Below, piece after piece: positions 43,154 through 51,091 of a stretch of 64,000 bases of DNA; position 1 is the first letter of the stretch; every line of letters starts with the position of its first letter. The position numbers were made by a program, and so were the translations under genes. The notes beneath the pieces were generated by a model. The model had not been told where the DNA came from. It searched no databases and saw only the letters and a list, made by a program, of their open reading frames with translations. Origin of the DNA: Nitrosopumilus sp. (GTDB taxonomy: Archaea > Thermoproteota > Nitrososphaeria > Nitrososphaerales > Nitrosopumilaceae); contig CBDBLX010000002.1 in the NCBI GenBank assembly GCA_965207445.1, positions 2,103,849 through 2,167,848 of the forward strand. The letters are read 5' to 3'.

Positions 43154-44340
43154 GTACTCGTCGATGCCATATTTAACGACTCTGCAGGCAGATCGTCTTG
43201 CGGCATCGACGAGGTGCGTATTTTTTGAAGACAGCCTATGTAGAAAGAGGGGATGGGTTCATGCCCGGCGTGTCCCTGGAAGATCTAAAAACCGCCTACC
43301 GCAACGAGCCTCCGGGTAAGTCCCGGGACAGACTGCAGGCGGCAGTTGGACGAAAAAAGGGCAAGAGTGAGTCTGTAATAGCCGCCCAGCTCGGACGTAG
43401 TCAGGGTGTCATATCTGAGTGGCTCAACAGGCTACAATCAGAGGGCTTGGAGGGCAGATATGACCGCAAGAGTCCCGGCAGGCCGTGCAGACTCACAAAA
43501 GAACAACAAGAACAGGCAAAGGCCGATCTGAGTAAAGAGCCGATGCAGTGCGGCTTTGAGCGTGGGACATGGACTGCCGCCTTGTTTGCATTGCATCTGG
43601 CAAACATTTTTGACGTCCAGTACACGTGGACCGGGGCCCTGGCGCTAGCTCACAGGATGGGCTTTTCAATAAGAATGCCCAGGCCAATTCACCACAAGTC
43701 TGCCAGTCCATTAGAAGAAATGTATTATGTACACGACACAATACGAGCCATCATGGCGCACGCCCGTGCCGGCTACGAGGTGTTCTGTATGGATGCCGCT
43801 GCAATCACAAACTCGCCGTATGTCGCGCGCGGACTACATCTCCGAGGAGGCTCTGAGACTGTAAATGTCAACTTTTCAAAAACAAGCATGAAAATGCTGG
43901 GTGCACTCGGGGCCGGTACATGCCACCTGCACTTTTGCGACAGTGCGAATACTGTAAACGTCATAAAGTTGTTGGAGATGCTCCGAGAAAAGTACGGCAA
44001 GGTATTTGTCATATGTGACAATGCATCTGCGCACAAGTCCAAAGACATCAAGCAGTATCTGGAACAGACAAGAGGACAAGTCGCACTATGGTATTTGCCG
44101 CCATACACTCCTCAACACAATCCCATAGAGATCCAATGGCGTGAGATAAAGCGCGCATTGGCAGGCAGATACTACAAGGGTGGTTTTCCAGAGATTCAAA
44201 AGTCCATATTACACATGATGGAAAAAGGCGAGGTAGGTACAGTCAGACTGCTAGAGTACATGCGCAATGCCATACAAGATGCAAAGAACAACGTGTTAAT
44301 ACCAGAACTCCGGGCTGCATGAACTGCATATTACGCGAAC
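43154..44340 (+). mobile_element. IS630-family insertion sequence, probably inserted at CTAG with TA duplication
   Basis: CTAG at 43151 and 44340; imperfect TIRs; about 1.19 kb; GC-richer. Confidence 0.7.
43261..44322 (+). CDS. IS630-family transposase, uninterrupted ORF
   Basis: HTH + PGRPCRLT; MDAA, CDNASAH, LPPYTPQHNPIE DDE motifs. Confidence 0.92.
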   Translation: MPGVSLEDLKTAYRNEPPGKSRDRLQAAVGRKKGKSESVIAAQLGRSQGVISEWLNRLQSEGLEGRYDRKSPGRPCRLTKEQQEQAKADLSKEPMQCGFERGTWTAALFALHLANIFDVQYTWTGALALAHRMGFSIRMPRPIHHKSASPLEEMYYVHDTIRAIMAHARAGYEVFCMDAAAITNSPYVARGLHLRGGSETVNVNFSKTSMKMLGALGAGTCHLHFCDSANTVNVIKLLEMLREKYGKVFVICDNASAHKSKDIKQYLEQTRGQVALWYLPPYTPQHNPIEIQWREIKRALAGRYYKGGFPEIQKSILHMMEKGEVGTVRLLEYMRNAIQDAKNNVLIPELRAA

Positions 44341-44632
44341 TAGGAGGTCCGGGTGTGGTTGTGCGACGCACAGATCGCACTATGATCAGGACGGCTGCGC
44401 ACATACCCTTTACCACGTCGAAATACATGGCTAGCATGCACATGTCCATGGGAAAATCATGGAGCATGTATGGATTACAACATGGGGCCTGCCTGATTTC
44501 CCAATATATGATTATAAGAATGTCTAAAAACTATCGGAACTTTAATGAAATCACTATGCCTAACAACCATCCAAAAATCTTAGTAAATAATTTGACAAAA
44601 AGTAAGGCATTTTTGTCAAGAAAAGATGGGCA

Positions 44633-44742
44633 TAATAGTTTCATTAAAGATCCGATAGTTTTCTAATATTTTGTATTCATAATATGTGCTCAACTTCGAG
44701 ATGAATATCAATCCAAATATCGGATCTTTAATCATATCAGTA
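44633..44742. mobile_element. 110-bp MITE of family 3 with GGCA target duplication
   Basis: Same TIR core (ATTAAAGATCCGATA); GGCA at 44629-44632 and 44743-44746. Confidence 0.85.
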
Positions 44743-44782
44743 GGCATGAGGGCGAGTTTGCCCAAAATGCAATCACAGGTCA

Positions 44783-45471
44783 CTAAATCGACTGAGTTCT
44801 AGATATCAATGTAAATAAAGTGTAAACAAAGGTATGTTCTGCTTGATTTCCCACTTGTGCTGTGTCATAAACGAATGAAATCGCGGTGCCATTTTTGTGC
44901 TTTGTTTTTAGCATCTCAGGTTTGAGTGCCTTGCCATAATATTCCCATCCAGTCATCAATTGCAATAGTGCTTGGCCTTTTTTGAGCATGTTGTATTTTC
45001 TGGCATTGTTAAACATTTGACGTTCTCGTCACCCCATTGTTTTACTTGCTCTAGATCTGTACTCTTTAGGCATTTGAGCACAGTATTTTCAGATGGGATG
45101 TTTATGCGCTCGCTTTTTCTAAAATAGTTAGCCTCATTACGTTTTCTTTTGTGCGTTGCTGCATTTACACACATGTTATTGAACGATATGGTGGCAAGTG
45201 TACCAAGATAATCATTCACACCATACTTGCTGTTATATCTGGTTGATATGTTTAGTCTGAGATCGACGAATCGTTTTCGTAAAACTTTATAATTTACTTG
45301 TTCTAATTCATATTGATGTTTTAGTACATCATTTTTCATATATGATGAAAGGTACTAGAATATCCCCATATATTGTATTTTCTATTTAATTTGATCAAGT
45401 ATGATCATCAATGTTTAACGAGATTGCATATTATTCAAATAAAATCATATAAAACACATTGCGAAATACTG
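44783..45471 (-). pseudogene. Truncated, frameshifted ISH3-like (IS4 superfamily) transposase with one end
   Basis: PSENTVL, WEYYGK...KNGT fragments in two frames; CAGTATTTCGCAA terminus at 45471. Confidence 0.6.
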
Positions 45472-45544
45472 ACTTGCAGCATTTGGAACAGGTGGGGCAA
45501 AAAAAATCACACAAATGGTGAAAATCTAGGCACGAAGTTAACAC

Positions 45545-47545
45545 CTACCTTGACTCAAGCTGTGTTAGTACTTTTGCAATCTGCGGCCATAGTGGGCTGC
45601 TGTACTTTTCTGCATTGGTTTGCGCCTCTGCTGCGGTCATCGGGTTGTCGTGGGTAATCTCGCCGAATGCGGCCAGCACGCGGTTCCAGCGGTCGACGTG
45701 CGCGTCGCCGTGCTGCACCTGAGACGCCTGCGCCCTTACCTTGGAGACGAGGTCAGGGTCTATGGCGGGCGGCGCGTCCGGCTCAGTCGGTACGTCCGGC
45801 GGCGTCTGCGGCCCGTCTTGTTCTGCTGCCGCCGCCTCTAGCAATGTCAGCACGTCTGCAATCTTTGGCCACAGCGGGCTGCTGTATTTCTCGGCGTTGT
45901 CGCGGGCCTCTGCTGCGGTCATCGGGTTGTCGTGGGTAATCTCGCCGAATGCGGCCAGCACGCGGTTCCATCTGTCCACGTGGTCTGCGCCGTGCTGCAC
46001 CTGGGACGCCATCGCGGTCACGTTGGCGACCAGCGCGGGGTCTATGGCGACTGTCGTCAGATTCTGAGCCTGGGTGAGCTTGTTGTACACGGGCGGCTGC
46101 ATCAGGCTTGACGTCGTCCCGGCGTCCTGGACGTCCACAGTCCAGCTTGCAAATTGGCCCGGCGTGTAACCGGCGCCTGGGTTTATCGTGAGCGTAACAT
46201 TGTTGACGTCTATGACGCCGTCATCTATGGTCGGGACCTCCAGCGTATACGAGCCGATCGGTGGGATCTCCACGATGCGCCAGCCCGCGTCGGAGGCGTT
46301 GAGCACGGTCCCGGCGTCCGAAAGGGTGACGTTGACCGGTAAAGGTGACAGGGGTGGAGGGGACGCGCTGATGCTAAATGAGACGGGGTCACCCTCCGAG
46401 CCGCCGCCTGCCAGCCCGATTGAGACTGTAGTCGGGGGTGGGGGGCTGCCGCTGCCCAGCGGGCCTGGGTCGTTGTCCCGCACCGTAAATATGACGGCGT
46501 TAGGCGTGCCCACGGTGTAGCCGGGCCCGTCGCGCAGCGATATCGTGACGGTGCCGTCGCGCTCGTCTTGATTGTCGTTATGGGTCGGGACGCGTACTTT
46601 TTGTTCGCTGCGGAGCCCGGACTGGGTCCGGTCGCCATCAAGGCTGTTGCTGACAAAGCCGTTGGGGTTGGTGTCGCTGTGGGGGTCGGAGACGTGGATG
46701 TTGTACGTAAGCGGCGGGTCCTGCGTCGGGGTGGCGCGCACCACTACGCGCAGTTCGGTGCCCTCCGTGACGTCGGTGGGGACGTCTGCCACCATTATCA
46801 GCTCCGGCGTGGCGTTGTTTATCTGTGCCTTCCAGTGGTGCTGGGACATGAACGTCCCGGCCGGCGGCCTCTCCGGATTCACCCAGTAGTGTGCGTACAC
46901 GGGGCCCCCGGTGAGGGGCGTGACCGCCACCGTGAACGACTGCACGTTCGACGTGCCATCGTTGTGCGTCTGCCACGTAGCGTCGGCGAAAAGGTCGCCC
47001 TTCTCTATGGTTATCGTCCTGTACGTCGGGATATAGTAGTATGATACAGCGGTCTTGGTGGAGTCCGTCCAGATTACGTTGCGCGAAAAGTCGCGCCCCG
47101 CGTCGTTGGGGTCCAGGCTGGCGTGCACGTCGTTGCCGCACATGTTAGCCGACCGGAGTGGGATATTGCCGACGTTGCCCAGGTCCACTATACACTCGCG
47201 TATCTCGGCTGCGAACTCCATCCGCTCGGTGGCGGGGTTCTCGAGCGTCACGGTCCCTCTCAGGGTGCCGCCGCCCGAGGGCGAGGTGAACGTGACGGCC
47301 GCCCTGTTCAGGTCGTCGGGGATTGGGTAGACGGCAAGACCGTGGCCGGCGCCGGCCCAGTCAGCCGCCGAAACGACTGCAACTATTGTGATTATAATTC
47401 CGGCAAGTAAAAGAGGTGTTATTATTGTAAAAAGGTGATGTTGCGCGTTAGAATGATGGAGTGGGTGTGTGAGGGGGGGGGGGGGGGATTGAGAGGGAAC
47501 AGATCTCTGCTTGACGCGCAGCTGTCTAATTAATGAAATATTCAT
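45545..47545 (-). CDS. High-GC surface/adhesin-like protein: N-terminal TM anchor, Calx-beta/Ig-like modules, two C-terminal helical repeats
   Basis: EG..V.F...P...TIDD...DGTVTI....GYT modules; duplicated HVDRWNRVLAAFG domain; TTTATA about 25 nt before the ATG at 47545. Confidence 0.85.
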   Translation of the reverse strand: MNISLIRQLRVKQRSVPSQSPPPPLTHPLHHSNAQHHLFTIITPLLLAGIIITIVAVVSAADWAGAGHGLAVYPIPDDLNRAAVTFTSPSGGGTLRGTVTLENPATERMEFAAEIRECIVDLGNVGNIPLRSANMCGNDVHASLDPNDAGRDFSRNVIWTDSTKTAVSYYYIPTYRTITIEKGDLFADATWQTHNDGTSNVQSFTVAVTPLTGGPVYAHYWVNPERPPAGTFMSQHHWKAQINNATPELIMVADVPTDVTEGTELRVVVRATPTQDPPLTYNIHVSDPHSDTNPNGFVSNSLDGDRTQSGLRSEQKVRVPTHNDNQDERDGTVTISLRDGPGYTVGTPNAVIFTVRDNDPGPLGSGSPPPPTTVSIGLAGGGSEGDPVSFSISASPPPLSPLPVNVTLSDAGTVLNASDAGWRIVEIPPIGSYTLEVPTIDDGVIDVNNVTLTINPGAGYTPGQFASWTVDVQDAGTTSSLMQPPVYNKLTQAQNLTTVAIDPALVANVTAMASQVQHGADHVDRWNRVLAAFGEITHDNPMTAAEARDNAEKYSSPLWPKIADVLTLLEAAAAEQDGPQTPPDVPTEPDAPPAIDPDLVSKVRAQASQVQHGDAHVDRWNRVLAAFGEITHDNPMTAAEAQTNAEKYSSPLWPQIAKVLTQLESR
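47473..47487 (-). repeat. C15 homopolymer (G15 on +) in the 5' coding region of the surface-protein gene
   Basis: Direct reading; encodes SPPPPL. Confidence 0.9.
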
Positions 47546-47577
47546 ACAACGGCGACTCCAACGTACTATAAAAATCA

Positions 47578-47716
47578 TCTGAACCAACCTTCCTGACGGA
47601 TATATTCATTTAAAATTTGAATATGAATAAATAAAATAATTTAGATTTTGAGGTTTTACGATAATATTTTTTCTTATACTTAAATTAATCTATCTAAATC
47701 AGTGGAAACAATAAAT
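47578..47716. repeat. About 140-bp AT-rich repeat upstream of the surface-protein promoter (copy of 23671-23810)
   Basis: Direct comparison. Confidence 0.9.
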
Positions 47717-47822
47717 ACACATATATGATCAAAGCTCTTTACCAACACCATGAGTCAAAAAAGACCAGACAAAGCAGATGATGCATGTATTCAATTAAAA
47801 ATAAAATATGAAAAGAAAATTC

Positions 47823-47971
47823 GTGTGAACCAAGCTCTATGACTGATATGGTCATTAAAAAATAGTACCGAGTCAAGCGTCGCACAGATGCAGGATTCTA
47901 TATTCAAGTAAGAATGTGACCAAATACAAATATGTGATTTTATTATTGTATCCAAAGAGCTTGGTTCACAT
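47823..47971. mobile_element. MITE family 2 copy inside the IS1595 remnant
   Basis: gtgtgaaccaagctct...agagcttggttcaca. Confidence 0.85.
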
Positions 47972-48567
47972 CTTTGTACCATTGAGCAAACATTCATGTT
48001 ATTCAGACAGGCCATATATGACACATCTTCAAAACTCGTCTTTGGTGGCAAAGTAGAATTGGATGAGGCAATGTTTGGAGGTAATCGAAAGGGAGAATGT
48101 GGTAAGGGAGCAGCAGGAAAAACACTCGTCTTTGGCATACATTCTAGAAATGGACTAATTTGTACATTTATTATGCCTAATTGAAAGCAAAAAACACTCA
48201 GACCCATAATTGAAAAGCATACTATGCCAGATTCTTTGTACTGTGCAGATGAACATACTACATACGGCACACTTGATGGGCTCAGTACACATCAAGTGGT
48301 GACTCATAGTAAGGATGAATATGTTAGGGATAATGTGTACATAAACTGTATTGAAGGTTTTTGGAGTTTGCCAAAAATTTTCTGTATGCATATCATGGTG
48401 TTCCAAAAACACATTTCCCATTATATCGCAAGTATACCGAGTTTAGGTACAATCACAAAGATGAAAATTTGTTTGATCTCTTGACAGATATTCTGGTTAA
48501 AGATATTTCAAAGATAGAGTCAAGTATTCAAGTCATTTCAGACCCATTACATAAAAAGATCATTTAA
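47972..48567 (+). pseudogene. IS1595-family transposase, C-terminal part, with stop and frameshift
   Basis: VELDEAMFGG, ADEHTTY, NCIEGFWS, EFRYNH. Confidence 0.9.
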
Positions 48568-48712
48568 TGTGTAATTAAATGTTCAAATTATCCAAAAAAT
48601 CGGGTCCAGATAGTTACGTATTACCAAATATTATTCGTGAATTTTCAAACAATGCCGCAACATCTACTGTATGTCACACTCAAGCAAATGACAGATTGTG
48701 ATATGTATTGTG

Positions 48713-48826
48713 TGCCGGGGGCGGGTTTTGAACCCGCGACCTCCAGATTATGAGTCTTGCCTTTTTGGAGAACTGCTAGAGCCTGCCAAATGAACTGGCA
48801 CTCTAACCAGGCTGAGCTACCCCGGC
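48713..48826 (-). tRNA. tRNA-Met(CAT), elongator type, with a 39-nt non-canonical intron (48756-48794) at position 30/31
   Basis: GCCGGGG/CCCCGGC acceptor; spliced arm CCAGA-CTCATAA-TCTGG; BHB GAG-TGCC-AGT...GGCA-AGA-CTC. Confidence 0.93.
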
Positions 48827-48878
48827 ATAATTTGTGTGAATATAATGAGAAATTAAATGCTACGTACTAACAATATTT

Positions 48879-50687
48879 TCAAGAGTCATTAGTATTTTGA
48901 ACATCCATAACAAAATTATCACGATTAGCATCTTTTTTTAAATCAGTGTTAGGTGCAGTGGTATCAGTGTTAGGTGCAGTGGTATCGAATGCTACAATAT
49001 CAGACCACTTTAAATCTTCATTATGAACCCACAAAAATTTTTTTTGTAAAGCAGCAGTGTACAATTTTTCCCATTCTGTTTGAGTCTCATTAGTCCATGC
49101 TTTGACAACGCGTGGATCAATATAATTTCGCAGAGACGTTCCAAGATTATAGTCCTTTGTTTTTTTCGCCAGGTCAATTTGAAGATCCATTTTTTCTATC
49201 CTTTCTGTGTATCTAGTTTTTTGATTTTTCATCTGTACTCGTACAGTTTTAAGTCTTGCAGACTTTTTCTTTTTCTGCGCAGCAGTCTTGGGTTTTGAGG
49301 CTTTTATTTTTTCAAGCCTCTCCTCAGTCTTTTTCCATGGTTTTTTTTCCTTTGCCTCGTCAAGTTTTGCTTGTCTCTTTTTTAGGGATTCAGCAAAGTT
49401 TTTTGGTATAGTTCGTTTATGATTACACATTTTAGCTGCCTCAAGATTGGCACGTTTTGCATGATACAATTTTTTATTCTGTGTTGCATTCTTCACATCT
49501 ACATGCTCAGATAAATACTGTTTTACCACTTTTGTAGCACTGTATGTTCGAAACACCTTTGCACTCAAACCTTTGACGATACTTGAATAGTACGCATTAA
49601 CATGACTTGATCGTATACCATCAAATATTTCATCTTTATTATTTTTATCTTTTATTATATCTGATATGTTTTTTTTAAATTGTTCATCATGGGGGCTCTC
49701 AACTTTTATAGTCTCCTGCCACCTTACACTGTCCTTGCCCAAAAAATCAAGACTTATTGCATCATCCAATACAGTGATATGTTCTTTGCGTAATGTAGTT
49801 GCACCGACGGTGTCTGCTTCATCAGGATCTTTTTCATCTCCCACTCTCATTGCAGTACGATAAATCAGATAACATACTGTAGATACATTGCGTTTTTTAG
49901 TGTCGTTCTCTGCCATATCATGTCCAATTTTGTCCAATATCTTGTTAATCCCTGCTGCAAGATTTTCGGCTTTAAGGTATTTTGCCTTGTCCATGTTTTG
50001 TTTTATCGCCGATGTGTCTGCAAGCCAAATGTACTTTTCTTTTTGTGTCAAGTGATCAGTCCAACTTGCCAACCACGTAGCCTGTTTGTTCTCTATTATT
50101 TTTTTCCAAGCACCTTTTGGATGTACAGCACTCTTGCCCATATTGAGTGTGACGTCACTGTGAGTAATACGAGGCTTCCATCTACCTCTTAGTGGATGGT
50201 CACCCCTACCAATAAATATGCCAGGTGGTTCTGCCATGTAATTACCAACGTCAACTTTTTCACCATCTAATATGGCAGTACCATATTCTGATTTTAATTG
50301 TTCACGAATTTTTTTACGTTTTGCAGCAAGTTCCTTTCGTTCTTCTTTTGTCAGGGCATCTTTGCGAGCTTTTTCCATATCCACTATATTGTAAATATCA
50401 TCAAAGTTGAGATCATTATAAGATATTTTTTTGTATTCATAGCCCAGAGCTGCTGCAAAATCTTTGGTAAAATTGGATTGAAATATCTTGTCTTGGACAT
50501 ATGGCGTATCTTTCTTTTTTGCCCATTGGTATGCCATCTCTTCTTGAATACCATTTAGATGCACTACATTATCTTTAATTTTGAGTGAAAGTCCTTTTGG
50601 CTCATATTCAGGTGGGAATATGATACCATTGTGCTGTAAGGTTTTCCATCTATCTTTTTGATTCTTCTTTGTAGTTTTTTTTGCCAT
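48879..50687 (-). CDS. DNA topoisomerase IB (eukaryote-like)
   Basis: WKTLQHNG, EPPGIFIGRGDHP, MRVGDEK, FLGKDSV, KVFRTY, CNHKR, SLRNYIDPR. Confidence 0.97.
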   Translation of the reverse strand: MAKKTTKKNQKDRWKTLQHNGIIFPPEYEPKGLSLKIKDNVVHLNGIQEEMAYQWAKKKDTPYVQDKIFQSNFTKDFAAALGYEYKKISYNDLNFDDIYNIVDMEKARKDALTKEERKELAAKRKKIREQLKSEYGTAILDGEKVDVGNYMAEPPGIFIGRGDHPLRGRWKPRITHSDVTLNMGKSAVHPKGAWKKIIENKQATWLASWTDHLTQKEKYIWLADTSAIKQNMDKAKYLKAENLAAGINKILDKIGHDMAENDTKKRNVSTVCYLIYRTAMRVGDEKDPDEADTVGATTLRKEHITVLDDAISLDFLGKDSVRWQETIKVESPHDEQFKKNISDIIKDKNNKDEIFDGIRSSHVNAYYSSIVKGLSAKVFRTYSATKVVKQYLSEHVDVKNATQNKKLYHAKRANLEAAKMCNHKRTIPKNFAESLKKRQAKLDEAKEKKPWKKTEERLEKIKASKPKTAAQKKKKSARLKTVRVQMKNQKTRYTERIEKMDLQIDLAKKTKDYNLGTSLRNYIDPRVVKAWTNETQTEWEKLYTAALQKKFLWVHNEDLKWSDIVAFDTTAPNTDTTAPNTDLKKDANRDNFVMDVQNTNDS

Positions 50688-50824
50688 TTTATGATCTAAA
50701 TCAGTTAAAGTCTATCCAGTATGTATATCAATTTACCCATGACTATTTTCAAAACTATAATTTTTGAATATTTAATGTTCATTACTTATTACAAGTTAAT
50801 GATCCCATCTAAAGTAAAATAAAA

Positions 50825-50967
50825 GTGTAAACCAATCTCTATGACTGGTATGATCATTCAAAAATAACTCCTAGTCAAATGCACCGTATGTACGATACTT
50901 GACATGCAGACAGGGATGTGACAAAATACAAGTAATTTCATTATTGTGTACAAAGATTGGTTCACAC
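50825..50967. mobile_element. MITE family 2 copy
   Basis: gtgtaaaccaatctct...agattggttcacac. Confidence 0.85.
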
Positions 50968-51091
50968 AACTAGTCTAATTAGATCATCAGCAGTGTTCAT
51001 CAAATGAGCAATAAAAATTGTTAATAATAATATCAATAATTATGTCTTATAGCGATGCTAGTAATAGATACAATGAGCCATTGTAAAGACG

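Larger units (their letters stand above)
42890..44556. mobile_element. TIR element (family 3) with TGCC target duplication, containing an IS630
   Basis: About 31-bp TIRs TAGT(A/G)ATTTCATTAAAG(A/T)TCCGATAGTTTTTA; TGCC on both flanks. Confidence 0.85.
42821..48625 (+). mobile_element. IS1595-family element expanded to 5.8 kb by nested insertions
   Basis: 23-bp TIRs GGTAATACGTAACTAT(T/C)TGGACC; 8-bp TSD AAATATTA at 42813-42820 and 48626-48633; internal transposase fragments. Confidence 0.92.

Noticed and set aside
45620..47410. Many overlapping ORFs within the surface-protein gene
   Set aside because: Expected scarcity of stop codons in high-GC DNA; no recognisable motifs
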